64,000 nucleotides of DNA from assembly GCA_002811645.1 (NCBI GenBank), contig PDIP01000030.1:86481-150480 (forward strand), written 5' to 3'. The position numbers were made by a program, and so were the translations under genes. Shown here piece by piece: positions 22,629-34,956 of the stretch. This DNA is from Corallochytrium limacisporum Hawaii (taxonomy: Eukaryota > Protista > Pluriformea). Numbering within the stretch: the first letter of the stretch is position 1; every line of letters begins with the position of its first letter. The notes under the pieces are model-generated. The model saw nothing but the letters and a program-made list of their open reading frames with translations. It was not told the origin of the DNA and did no database searches.

Positions 22629-22882
22629 CCAATGGCGGCCCAAGCACCCGGGGCCAGGTGGCTCTGGCCCGCAAATGCCGCAGTGGCGGCGAAGGGAATC
22701 CGGTTCTCCACTGGAAGGTCGTGTGTGGCTATTAGTGGCCAGTGAGCACCGGAGTAAATGTGCGGTGTATGTGCCTGTCGTGTTTATAGCTTGTATAGTG
22801 TGAAACTGTAGAGACAAACATGCTTCAGAGTGCACTGGCGGGTGGACTGTAGTCCAGAAGAGGGGTTTTTCGACTATAGATC

Positions 22883-23791
22883 ATGGCAGATGCAGCCAGG
22901 CCTCGGGCCGTTGTCAAAGTCGGAGGCAGTGGCATTGTTGATGAAAAGCGCCAAGTGATTCGCAGTGCCGCGATCACTAATGCAGTCGAATTGGTCATGC
23001 GCTTACGAAGCGCAGGGTATGATGTGATCTTAGTTAGCTCCGGTTCGATTAACCTGGGGCTTTTGCGGATGGGCATGTCGGGCGATTTGAATGAAGCTTC
23101 GATGAACTCGGTACCAATGAAGCAGACATTAGCTGCAATAGGCCAGAACATGCTTATGTCTACATGGAGCACGTATTTTGAGTACGTGGGAGTAAAGGTA
23201 GCGCAAGTCATGGTGTCTCGGGCGACTTTCGGAGAGCTTGCTTTTCGGAAGAATGCCAATCGCTGTGTGGCTGAGACTTTGAAACTTGGAGCAGTGCCCA
23301 TTGTTAATGAGAACGACACGACCTCAACAGAAGAGTTGAGCTATGGTGACAACGATCCTTTGGCAGCATTGTTGGCCGTGCATCTGGGTGCCAAATGGCT
23401 GTTCCTATTGGCAAATTCGTCTGCAGTTCGAGCGTCGGAAGACTCCGATAGGCTGTACCATCACATCCCCAACATTGAGGAAGCATTCCCGGGCCTGCAA
23501 GCGGACAGTAGGAAGACACGAAACATCCTGGGAGGCATGGCCACTAAGATTGCAGCTGCTCGCCTCGCGTCAGCCTACGGTATTCATACAGGAATCGTGT
23601 CCTATCTCCAAACTCGCAGCGTTTCCCCAATGATGGACTACCAGGCTGCCCTCGATGGTAAATGCCGAGCACCGGCACACGAAAGTGGTACACTCATCTC
23701 CGCTTCTGCATCCGTGGAAGATGACGCGGAGCACGATGATCATCGCCCTGCACGGTTGCTGGCAGACTTTCTCAAGGAATCAATTCATTAA
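22883..23791 (+). CDS. Glutamate 5-kinase (amino-acid-kinase domain only, no PUA domain)
   Basis: VVKVGGS, VSSGSI, AAIGQ, VPIVNENDT, GDND, GGMATKIAAA. Confidence 0.9.
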   Translation: MADAARPRAVVKVGGSGIVDEKRQVIRSAAITNAVELVMRLRSAGYDVILVSSGSINLGLLRMGMSGDLNEASMNSVPMKQTLAAIGQNMLMSTWSTYFEYVGVKVAQVMVSRATFGELAFRKNANRCVAETLKLGAVPIVNENDTTSTEELSYGDNDPLAALLAVHLGAKWLFLLANSSAVRASEDSDRLYHHIPNIEEAFPGLQADSRKTRNILGGMATKIAAARLASAYGIHTGIVSYLQTRSVSPMMDYQAALDGKCRAPAHESGTLISASASVEDDAEHDDHRPARLLADFLKESIH

Positions 23792-23822
23792 AGAATATAT
23801 GCATGGTCCTATTAAACGTACA

Positions 23823-24773
23823 CTATTTTCGCTCCAAAGTAGTAGCCAACATGATGTGATCGCTGGGATAGCGGGCGCATGGCAGATATGGCTCCTGGAT
23901 GTCGTTACCATTTGGCAGGTCCATCCACCGTACGGTCTTGAAATCCCGGGTACTGTATATGATGTAGTCAATGGTCCGCTTACGTATGATCAGGCCCTCG
24001 CCCTCCGAGGGATCCATTGGTGGTCGTGCCTTGTACGTCGTCCAAGGCAATGGCAAGGGTACAGAATCTTTTGCTGCTGTATTCTCTGGTTCATCGTCGT
24101 AAGCAGATCCCAATGACACCACAACCTCTCCAATTGTAAGCTCTGAGCGCAGACCTCTCATTTCCGGAGAGTCCCGCTCTGCGTTGCAGTCCCCACAGAA
24201 CACTATTGCTGCATCCTGACATTCGTGGGCCTCAATGAATTTCGATAATTCTTCACGAACGCACTTGACCTGTGCCTGGCGAATCACGGAGTTCTTTGCT
24301 CCAGCTTTTGCCTTCAAGTGGGTACCAGCAAACACTATGCGTTTGTCACATTGGGTGTCCCTGAAGAGACCAATCATAAACACTTGGTTGTGTGCTTCAG
24401 AGATGAGCTCCTTGAAACTGTACTGTGTCAATCGTTCCTTTTCAAAACGATCGGTGCGCCACATGATCGCGAGGCCATCGGCGTTGGTTGGCTTCTTCAA
24501 GAATTCGCCATTGTATCCGTATTTCTTGAGTTCTGGGAGGTACTGGGTATCAAAATGCTCGAGTTCCTCAAGAGCCATCAGGTCTGCGTCTGCACTCTTG
24601 ATCTCTGCAATGATCAGAGGGAAGCGGTAATCGTGCTTAATATACTTACGATCCACCAAAGGAAAATCATCCTGACACAAAGTATCCGAAAGAATATTGA
24701 ACTGTGCGATTGTCACACTATCCGCAGCCTTTGTTGCGGGGCCGCACCACTTTCGCTTATATAGATTTGCCAT
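23823..24773 (-). CDS. NOCT: Nocturnin-like EEP-family phosphatase
   Basis: QFNIL, THLKAK, GDCN, WTTYKAR, TIDYI, LP..RYPSDH. HLKA and TT.K.R are typical of nocturnin. Confidence 0.88.
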   Translation of the reverse strand: MANLYKRKWCGPATKAADSVTIAQFNILSDTLCQDDFPLVDRKYIKHDYRFPLIIAEIKSADADLMALEELEHFDTQYLPELKKYGYNGEFLKKPTNADGLAIMWRTDRFEKERLTQYSFKELISEAHNQVFMIGLFRDTQCDKRIVFAGTHLKAKAGAKNSVIRQAQVKCVREELSKFIEAHECQDAAIVFCGDCNAERDSPEMRGLRSELTIGEVVVSLGSAYDDEPENTAAKDSVPLPLPWTTYKARPPMDPSEGEGLIIRKRTIDYIIYSTRDFKTVRWMDLPNGNDIQEPYLPCARYPSDHIMLATTLERK

Positions 24774-24790
24774 ACCGAATTCGTCTGTCG

Positions 24791-24812
24791 GTCAGTCAGT
24801 CAGTCAGTCAGT
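24791..24812. repeat. (GTCA)5.5 microsatellite immediately upstream of nocturnin
   Basis: gtcagtcagtcagtcagtcagt, 17 bp upstream of the ATG. Confidence 0.9.
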
Positions 24813-24881
24813 GATTGTCACTTCTACCACACAACGAACATTGTCTAGTTCTGACTTGCCAAACGTATCAAGGACCTTTGG

Positions 24882-24917
24882 AGCGATGTGTGGTTTTCGC
24901 AGCGATGTGTGGTTTTC
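24882..24917. repeat. Exact 17-bp tandem duplication (period 19)
   Basis: agcgatgtgtggttttc at 24882-24898 and 24901-24917. Confidence 0.95.
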
Positions 24918-25293
24918 ACCCGTCCCCAAACCGTAGGACCGTCCGAACCCCTCCCGCGGAGTCAGGCGGTTCTTGGTCAAATTAAAAAATCACATTTCTC
25001 GAGGGCGTTTTAAAAAGTAATTCCTTGCCAGGTTCCATCAACTTCAGGTGGCTGGTCTGGAGACGCTGGAGAATCCCCGGCGAGGAAGGGGAACCGGCAG
25101 ATGGGCTGCTGATCCACAGGGCGAACAATGAAACAGCGGGCCTGAGAAATCGGCAGGCTCGAGTCCGCAACAGATGTAATGAGCTGTAACATTTTCTCGG
25201 TATGATATATATTTAGGTAGTTTACCAACAGATTGGGGGAGGGTATCAAACGGGACTGCATGGTTACAATCAAGTGGTGGGATTTTGCCGGTT

Positions 25294-25310
25294 CCCCCGG
25301 AGGGAGGGGG
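25294..25310. promoter_or_regulatory. C5-GG-AGGG-AG5 element in the nocturnin/surface-protein divergent region
   Basis: cccccggagggaggggg. Confidence 0.45.
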
Positions 25311-25460
25311 TGATTGGTGAGCCTCTGGAATGTCGCCCTGCCACGGACAGGTACTAGTGCTGGGCTGGTACTTCATCTCCACTTCAATCGGATGGTTGAA
25401 TGTCTCTATGATGATTAAGATGTGCTCTTAACAAAAGGTGCAGTGGATTCGGTGGTGAAA

Positions 25461-26318
25461 ATGGGACTACCATTCGTGTCCCTTTTAGTTACTGGATTGT
25501 TGGGCGTCATCTCGACTTGTGGCCTGGATATTGTTGAGGAATCTTTCTCTTTCGACTTTGCAGCCGCGGATAAGCGAGCGGGCTTCCAGGCCATTCTCGC
25601 TGACTACGATCAGCAATCGTTTAATTCACATATTGTAGATCCTCGAGAAACTGAAATTGAAGGAGATGACCCGGGAGACATTGCGTTTTATCTGGAGGTT
25701 GAAAATAAGTCGGACGATGTTTTCATAGGTCTGATTAAAAAAATTGAAGGGTTCGTGCCAAATAAACTTTACGGATATGACGCATGTGTGTCTATTGGCA
25801 CTCGAGAGAGTAACGAATGTATAGGTATCGGCGGTGGACCAGGAACTTCACAGTACGTTAAGATCGGTGTCTTTAATGTGCAACCCCAAGTGCGGCAGGA
25901 CCGCGAGGGCATCTACCGATTCTCCAACATCGATATTGGATTTCAGTCGCAAAGCGGGCCGACTTTCAAAGTTGTTGGGACAATGGGCCATGACGTACCG
26001 TGCGACGGTACAACTCCTTACCTGCCCAAGATATTGGAATCTAGGGCAGTGCGCAGTGAAAGTGGAGTTGCGGGAAATACCATTGTCGCAGACGAGACTG
26101 GCGCCATCTGGTTAATGTCCGGAGTCGACTCTGGCTTTGAGGGCAAGACCACCCTTTTCATCACAGATATGCACGTAACCTTCCTCTCCGTCGACGATTC
26201 ACCGGACGACAATTTGACGGACGGTGACAACAACAACCAAGCTAGTTTCCGCCCATCCCCTTGGGTGATTAATGTGGTTCTTGTTGGCCTCGGTGCTTCA
26301 CTGTACGGCATGTTCTAA
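25461..26318 (+). CDS. Secreted or surface-anchored protein with an uncharacterised bacterial-type beta-rich domain; signal peptide and C-terminal hydrophobic tail
   Basis: Signal MGLPFVSLLVTGLLGVIST; core NKSDDVF, CIGIGGGPGTSQYVK, NID.G.QS and GVDSGFEGKTTL; D/N-rich linker; tail WVINVVLVGLGASLYGMF. Confidence 0.8.
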   Translation: MGLPFVSLLVTGLLGVISTCGLDIVEESFSFDFAAADKRAGFQAILADYDQQSFNSHIVDPRETEIEGDDPGDIAFYLEVENKSDDVFIGLIKKIEGFVPNKLYGYDACVSIGTRESNECIGIGGGPGTSQYVKIGVFNVQPQVRQDREGIYRFSNIDIGFQSQSGPTFKVVGTMGHDVPCDGTTPYLPKILESRAVRSESGVAGNTIVADETGAIWLMSGVDSGFEGKTTLFITDMHVTFLSVDDSPDDNLTDGDNNNQASFRPSPWVINVVLVGLGASLYGMF

Positions 26319-29300
26319 AAGCTTCGATCTCAAAAACATAGATTACATTCCATTCTCCATCATGTGCATTTCATGCCAACTGAAGGTGACACCCTACAAA
26401 CGGGTAAGTTGTGTCCAATCCGACAGTGGGTAATTAAAATATACGGCTTGGTTTGGAACCCATTCCGGTTCGCTGACCGCCCCCTTGAAACATTTGGGTG
26501 CTGCAACCTCCCCCAACTCTCGTCCCTCCCAGACCATTTGCCCGCTTTCCCGGTGTGGGGGAGGATGGTTCTCCATCAACTCAACGGATTTCCATATATT
26601 ATGCACACTACCAACCCCAGGACAAAAAGTTTGCCCCAAGAAAATTAACCCGCAGCTCCGGGGTGCGCTGCGCTCTACAGTGGAAAGGCGGGATATCCTC
26701 CAAACGGGTCGGACGTTGCGTAGACATGGAATTTGGGGTGGTTTACGGGCCCGGTCCAAAACGCTGATAGTGGGACGGCTTAACGTGTCGTTGAGCATCC
26801 TCCCCAGCATGCTAATGTTTGTTCAATGTTTGCAACAGTAGTGGAAGGGTATACTTCTAGCATGCTTAGCGTGGCAAGCCCATGAGTAATCGAACGAAAT
26901 GGGTTCAGAATGATCTTTGACAACCGACGTCGTTTGGTTCTGTTCTTCCAACCTTGGCTATTTGTTCCCGCGCTAGCAGAAGGGAAGACGGTTTCTCATG
27001 TGGGATCTACTGCGCAGAGCCCGTTCGGGTGTCATCTATGCAGTTAGTTTCGTTGCAATCGCATCCCCACAGCAACACGGATTCCCAAGCGTCGGATCCT
27101 GGTGTAGTCTACTCTTGCATTCGAGCCTCCCTGTACTTGTGAAACATCCCCGAAGGGAGTTCTTCGCACCTCAGCCTTTGGTACCACAGAAAGGTATGTT
27201 CGATTGTGAATTCACCTCCTTCTTTGAAGCTCCTTCGGTATTCAAGATTGATGACGATTGGCCCCAGTGGCCCTGGCTTTACTCCGTTGTGGTACCCCTT
27301 CACCTTCTACGGACTGCCACCACCACCAACTGTACATTCCTTTATTTCACTCAAGTGAGAAACCAAAGGGGTCGAGTGTGGGTGACGTTGCCAATGAGAG
27401 TCCTGAATCCCCGTTTGCTAACAGCGTGTTTTGTTTTGTATAGAATTTCTATGACATAGGCTCACTTCTGGGACAAGTGCCCCAGCCATCCACGCCTCTG
27501 CGTCACCTTCTTTTTTTTCCCCTTCTTGTCATCACGGGCAACAAAACAACGGCAAACAAACGAAAACAAACGTAAGAGATTGCACACCCTCCCCACCCCC
27601 CCTACCATTTCATACGCCGTAGGAAGGAATTTCATTTGGGGTGACTGAGAAATTGCGCAATACTTAATGTACTGGGTTTCTACCACCTTCATCATCTGGA
27701 CTGACCCGCGTGGAAATGTGCAAAGCAACTATGAGAAGGTTTGTAGGAAGGTGTGAAGGCTCTCATTTAATGCGCAGTACTCTCTCTGCGCATTCTCATC
27801 ATGCCCTTGTATTTCATCGTGCTCATTCACACGTTCCACACACTCACGTCTTCACACCGAGAGTGGCTGAGTCAACTGAGCACAGCTTGCCGTTCATTCC
27901 TTGCCCCAATACCACATCAGTACGAGGATGGTACGAACTGGATTTTTCTTCTTTGTGATTTACTTTTGTATGTGTGTATGTGCAGTCTGCAACTGCACTT
28001 CGCACGGTCAATAGCCGCACTGGTGGCGCGGATCCTCCGTTGACTTTCGAAGTTGCTGCCTAGCATCAAAGACGATCCACAGAACCCACCGAGCGTCTCT
28101 CGCGTTCTCAGATTGGGAATTGCTTGCTTGTCTCAGTGCCTGTCATTGTCTGCTTACTGGTCTTCTGACATCCTCCACCATGGTACACAACTCATCCTTG
28201 GGTCTAGGTGTACTGATCCGTATGCGGACCGTATCTATGTATCCTCATATCATTGGATGACATGACTGTATGTCATATCCGATGCCGGTCGATTAAACTC
28301 TTTGCCGATCCTGGGGATCAGCAGCAAGTTGATACCCTACAGGTGTAGTGCGCAAGACGTCCTTGGAAGCGCACTGGGCACACGGTGGCTCAGGTAGCGC
28401 CGATGGGCGTCGGATCATTGTAAGTGATTGTTGGGTTTGATGATTTTTGTACAGCTACATATCACAATCGTGACGGGGCAAGTTCACTGTAATGGTCGCA
28501 AACAGAATGACACTACCGTCAGCTTTGACCGCGAAAGCCATTTCATTTTCTTTTCACCATTTAACCTGAGTCGTACCGAACGGGTCGGCCTTCTTTGAAG
28601 CCGCCCCCAAACAGGGCAACCGAGGTTTACAAAAATCCGAGGAATGTTAAGTACTGGTAGCGCAGCCCGGGATTGAGCAACGCAGCACCTCTGGTCGCAC
28701 CTGGCGGGGGCGCCCGATCAGAAAGTGGAAGGGCTGAAGAACAGTCCGTCCCTTGGCTACAGAGTTCTCCACATGTGGGTGGTTTGGTTGCTCCTGCCCG
28801 CCTGCTTGTCGGGGGCACGGAGTGGAAAATGCAAACACGGGAAGAGCGCCCCAGATAAATTGAAAGGGGCCGAGAGCTAGATTGGGCAGGCATTCGCCAT
28901 ACATTGTCCATATCCAACTGCACGAGGCCTCGTGTTGCAGGGCAATGGACATGTCTACAGACGGCAAGACTTTCGGGCCCGAAGCCAGTGGGATCCTTCG
29001 GACCGTAAAAGGAGCTTGTTGCCCATGTCTCGCTCAATGTGACCCGCGGCCGCAGGCTGCACATCACCAACTGTGCCCAAAAAGGAGACAGGTGCGAAAC
29101 GGGAAGGAATCTGCATATATTCAGTACCTGCAACGAGGCCACATAATTTTCCATAGTGGAAGGTCGGTCGAAGCAAAGGAAGAGCTGGACCCAGCCCGAA
29201 AAGGCCTTCTCTGGGACCGGGCGGGAGAGAAAATTTTCAAAAGGTCAACTAAATGTCGTGACCTCATATAGTGAGTTCATAGATAGCACTGCTTGTATAC

Positions 29301-32300
29301 GTGAGTAATGGACGGCATAACGAAGGCCTCCATCATTCGTCGTAGACTCTAATGGAGAGAGATTTCCCTCGAAATCAAATTGCACCCGCTGTTCCGTACC
29401 TCACCATTTTAGCGCTGGCTGGTTAATTATGTTCAAAAAGGAACCCAGTTTCTTCGCTATAGAAAGATTGGAACTATTTTGCGCACTTCAGAAGTTGCCC
29501 CGTCATCAATACCGAGGTTTTCGGGACATGCGCACGTCTTGCGAACGGCGACCCAGGCGGAAGTGCGGGGCTTGATGTGATTGATGATGCAAGTGGAAGA
29601 AGGTATGGCGAATATATGTCAATGCAGGAACTGAATTCGGTTTCAAGTTTTTTTTTACGGATGTAAGTCAATTCCAGGCAGCACTAATTATCACCTTCTT
29701 ATAGATATGCCCTTTTCAACACTCGAGGCTCCATTGACGTGCTTTGCCAGCTCGAGCGACTGAAACGGCAATGGAAAAGCACCTCAAAATATTTGATAAG
29801 GATTACTTTTAACGATTGCGTTTATGGGTGCACAGCTGGATGACGCTTTTCTCGTCCGCCCTTCGGGACGACCGGCAACGACATCGAGATGTTCTCATAC
29901 TGAAGATATGCGCTCTGCATAATCAGATAATAACTTGGAGACAACGACTACGAGGATATTACGCCATTGCCGAGGAAGTAAGTGTGGAGGCGCGTACAAA
30001 TCAACGACGAAGGGCGGGACGGAACGGGACGGAGCTTCGTTAAGTACTGTGAATACTGGCAAATGGACCGACGTAGTCATCGGTGCAACGCACGGCAGTG
30101 TTGAGAGTTGGAACGAGGACCAGCATGTTCAGCAATGAGCCCTCCGATGGCAAGTGCACAATTAACAGAGAAAAGGAGAAGGTCAGCCGACAGCTGGGGC
30201 TACACTGTGGCATTAAACCGAATAAAAACATATCCTTTATGAAAGTTGTAAAGGAAAGTTGTAAAGGAAAGATGGGTGGATCCTTTAGATGTCATCAAGT
30301 ATGAAGCCATCGGCGAGCGGTCTCTGATGTACTGACATCTTCTACACGCATTCGGTGCGGATAGAGATGGCATACGGCTGTGAGTTACGGACAGACTGCA
30401 AGCACTCAAAGGCTTGCTAATGATGGAGAGAGCCTGTGTTCATGTGTCGCCCACAGGAATGAGCACTGTGCCGAAATTCTGCAAGAACGCAAACCGCCTG
30501 GGAGAGTGTTCTTTGACATGATCTCTGCCGACCGTGGCAGCACGCTCACTTGTGTACACGAGGGCAGAAGCCTCATTCCACGCCAGCGACGAAGTCCGGG
30601 TACCTATTCAGACACAAAATCAATCCCTGCATCGCACATCGTCTCCCCGGCGGGCCCAGCCGATTCGTGATAGAAGAAGACATACATGCGCGAGGTATAT
30701 AGCACCCACCGGCCATTTTGTGAATGGAGCCGGATGGCTGTCGTGGTCTGCATTGAGAGTCAGGGCAGGTGAGAGTTCGGAGCAGTTCGAGCGCACACAT
30801 TTGATATGATCGAAAGACTGGGCCGCACACTCCCAAAGCAAGTACCAAAAAAATGTCGTTGCTGTGGGTGAGGTGGCGAGCCATTCCGCGGACGAGAAGG
30901 AGCCGGGAAGTTCATGCCAGATTAGTTCGTAGTGTTTCTATAGGAGACGGAGTGGGTAGACATAGCCTGTATATTGACATAGAGTCATTTGAAGCCTGAA
31001 CAACATTTCCATCGCCTCTGGGTAGAGAATGACGATGTGAAATCACTTGTTCCATTTGACGTCGCCACACAATCTTGCAGTATTTCCATAGAAATTCTAT
31101 AGTGATTTCGACGCTAGACTTGAGACCCTACCCCGCTTGCCGTGGTCTAGCAGAAGCAACAGCTAAGGAGTTCCGTTGGGGAACGGAACACGCAGCAAAC
31201 GATGAATTAGAACGATCGATTTTGAGTTTCCACACCAGAGGTATAGAGAATATTAGAAATTCTTCTTTCCATAATAAATATAGTGGTATTTTCACTTACG
31301 TGGAGCACGCCGCGTGAGAAAATGAGAACTTCATGGGACCCATAGTCTTGTTTGTGGAGACCTTCTAAACAATGACAAAGAGAGTTTTGGTGTTATCATC
31401 TGCCGGTGTGGGGTGGCTTGCGATGCCCTGCCCACTCGCCTATGGTTGCTGTGGTGCAGACTCCATTTAGTTTATATGACGCAGAGACGGACACAGATGG
31501 GCAAGAATGAAATTTCAAAATGCTAGATGTCCTGCTTAAGCGCTCTTTTTTCTTTTTTTGCCGCACTCCGCATGGGTGTGCGTGGATGTCAAAATCGGGC
31601 GCTGTCTGGCAATCAAACCACAGGTGAAGGAGGAGAAGAAGGTATGAGAGGGAAATACTGCAGTAAGCGCATTGGTATAGGAACGGAGCGCAGTGTCATC
31701 GCACCGGGACAGAGAGACAATGCTGGCAAACAGTACTGTACTTGGGAAATGAAATTAGCCAGACAGTGAAGGGAATATCAAATTCACTATCACAGTTCTC
31801 TCTAGCACCGCTGGTCTACTCTGCTGGTCCTATTTTCTTGGGGCGGTGGTTTCTTTTTTATATTTGTTTTTTGTGCATTGCCATAGCCGTACTGGACCGC
31901 CCCCTCCTAGCGCACTCTGTCCCTAACGGGAGCTACTTTACACGTCACGAGAGATAAACCTCTTATATTAGGCTCATACGATCCGCACGGTTGTTTTACC
32001 ATGTATGATACCCTAACCTTTGCGGTCTGTTTCGTCTGCTTCCGGTCAATTCTAAAACAAAAAAAAACATGGCAGCGCCGCCCGGTGGAAAGATTTTTCT
32101 CTGCTTCCACAGAGACGGAGATGGAGCAAGCGATCTCAAGGAATGGGGGAAGTCGGAATTAACGAGCGAGGCTATGCATTTCCATACTCATTAGACCAAG
32201 ACCTGACTGTCGTAGCGCACGCAAGTGCCACAGACATCCATGGAACTCCCGCATTGTGGGTCTCCAGATTGCAGCAGAGGACGATGATGTCCGCTTTCCT

Positions 32301-34295
32301 TCTCCTTCGCGACGTTTCGAAATGCACAATTTTGCTGCGGAATAGGGGACAGACAGGAGCGTATCTCATACTGAATGAATGAATAATTTGAGTAATGCCG
32401 CAGACACCATCTCAAATATTTCTGAAACTCGATCGCGAGAACGAGAGGCCTGAAACGAAAGGCGCTGCTTTAGAATAAATGAGATCGATGGATTCTTCTT
32501 TGGGCTTTTTCGTTTGGGGTTCCAATAGGAGAACGACACAAGTTCAACTTCCAGATTTATAGTGAAAGTGGTGTAGAAATTACACGACTCTGCTTTTCTG
32601 ACTTGTCCACGTCGGTATAAGTTCGCTCAGAAACATTGCACCAGGCAAGACAAGAAAAATGCAAAGCCCAGCCGAACGCAGGCGAGGGGAAACGCGGAAT
32701 GGAGCCAAGGCACGGCCGCACGCGGAGATATTTTTGCCTTACACAGCAAATCCACCGCAAGCAGGCTACATGGGCGCACAATAGTTTGGCTCGAAAATAA
32801 CAGTATAGTTTATATGCAATTGGGATCACCACTTGAGCCTTTGCCCCAGGGCGTCATTGGGCGGGTCTTTTAGACGGGGACCGATCTCTGGCCCACGGCT
32901 GCTCCCGTTCTCCTTCTGTTGTGAAGGATACCGCAGAGTACGGTGTTGTTGGTTGCTGGGTCTTGAATCCCACTCGTGCATAGGAAAGATCAATGTATTG
33001 AGTATTGAGTTGCTAGTCTTAGGTATGTCAAGAGGTTTATACACACTTCCTCGTGACCCAACGAAATTTCCTTCCCCCCTCACCCTCCGGGGCAACCTTT
33101 CGCAAGATAGTCGTCTGGGAGCACGTCAATTTAAGGCCAAGTGGGGAGGAGGGGGTTACTTCCTTGCTGTCGGTACTATTGTTCTGCAATACCTGGGCAG
33201 CGCGCGCGAAGGGCTCAGCAACACGGTCGCACCTTACCTGTTCTGGGTCGGCAAGCATTTTTCAACGCCCCCACAGCTGACATCCATGGACGGCTGTTCA
33301 CAAGAATATGAAAACATTGCGGTACATTACAATACATTTACCATACTAGACTTAAACTGGAACCATAGTGGAGAGTTAAGGAAGGGTGGGGAATCGATCG
33401 TCGTTCCTGGCGTTGCTGTTCTCTGAAGGAGAAGAAAAAAAATCCCTTCCACCCCCTCTGCGCTCACAGATAATGTATCGGTGTTCGGGGGTTTATTTTT
33501 GTGTTGGAGAACAGATGTGGAAGCATAGTAAAACGTCCTTTTTTTTTGCAGTCCTGTCGCGGTTGTGAATCTTGGGTTCTATTGTATTTATACTTCCATC
33601 ACGTCACCAATGGGCAGTGCTCACACCAGACATTAACTGAAAGGGCAACTCCAAGCACAGAATTCGCAAGACTCGACGAAGTAGCTTGAAAATTTACAGC
33701 ACTGTAGGAATAGAACCAATAAAAGTTTCTTTGAACTTTCCTCCTATTTTCCCCTCCTGTGAAACTGGGACAGTGGGCCTTGTTTGCAAACATGAACGAA
33801 TGGTCCAACCAGGACACCATCACCCATATCATCATCACAGGAAACACGGCAAGTACTTGCAGTAGTGGAAGCACTGCCAGCTGAAACTCTCTCCTGCTCG
33901 CCCCCACTGGAGGAAGGCCTGGTGCTATAGAAAATGTATGAATAACAGTTCTGGTAAAGGTATGACCAAATTACTCACGCTATCAAAAATTGGTTTCCCA
34001 CTACCCTGATTTCTCCGGATGGAGCTGGCCGTGGTCCTCCAGGGCTATATATTTAGTATAGACGGCTAGGTGTCAGCGGATTGATCGAGAGTGAGAAAAT
34101 GACTAAAGCAAAAGTAGTGGTTTTACGCGTGGCAATCTACCTCAATTTTCCCAGCCTAAACTCACGGTCTAAACCAACTGTCAGTTTCCGTTGACTATGC
34201 AGCTTGAATGGCCTTTTCTGGAGCACGTTTACATTTGCACCACCGGGCGGGTCAAGGGGGGCAATTCCACTGCCGAGAAACTGCGCAGAGCGGAA

Positions 34296-34358
34296 GGGGG
34301 AAGGGGGAAAGGGGGGGGGAAGGGGGAGAGAAAGAGAAAAATCCGGGTGGGGGAGGGG
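34296..34358 (+). other. Potential G-quadruplex cluster about 600 bp upstream of the Phactr-like gene
   Basis: G5-aa-G5-aaa-G9-aa-G5, then gggtgggggagggg. Confidence 0.55.
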
Positions 34359-34956
34359 AAATGGGGCATATGGGGGAATTAGGGCGCCCATTCTTACCGA
34401 CATCGGTAAATGAGGGAAAAGGGGATGTCATCTGGAAATCAATTGAGAGCAATTTGGTGCTGAATGTACCGCACAAATGCAATATGATAATTGAAACAGT
34501 GCGCAGAAAAAGACGGAAGAAGGGAAAAGGGAAAGGAGGAGCAAGAAATTGTGGGGCGGGTCGGGTCGTCTTCGGGAGGTCTCTGATAAATACACACAGC
34601 ACTTTTAGGTGGGGTTAGGACCCGCTCAAAGACCGATAAACTGCGCGCGGCGGTGAGCACCTTAGGATCTGCTCTGCACAAGACATAGCGACATTGGAAG
34701 GCTGAGTCACGTAATCCATCACGAATTGCAAACTTAGCCGTAGAGATGAACGGTTGCGGGTCTGGACTCTTTGGGTATTTCAGAGGTCTAGAGAGAGTGC
34801 GTATACCCGACAACAAATTCAACCTTATTACATACCATCACAGAAAGCTAGAACAGACAGGGATCGCAATGGAAACTTCACTTTAAACGCCCAAAACATT
34901 ATCAAAAATTCGTTCTCAGGACACAGTCCAAAGAAACAACCTACACAGCTGCACTA

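Noticed and set aside
28376-28420. gggcacacggtggctcaggtag resembling the SRP/Alu 5' end or a Pol III A-box
   Set aside because: No B-box, cloverleaf or SRP helix-8 motif found downstream.
29935-30138. DVVIGAT resembling an FG-GAP repeat
   Set aside because: Single short motif in a 67-aa frame with no neighbouring repeats.
30728-30800. gccggatgg...gttcgag resembling a tRNA or tRNA-Sec
   Set aside because: Acceptor and anticodon stems cannot be paired.
32833-33426. 197-aa ORF, and similarly the 270-aa ORF at 37964-38776
   Set aside because: No recognisable motifs, composition unlike the real genes, and overlap with low-complexity tracts.
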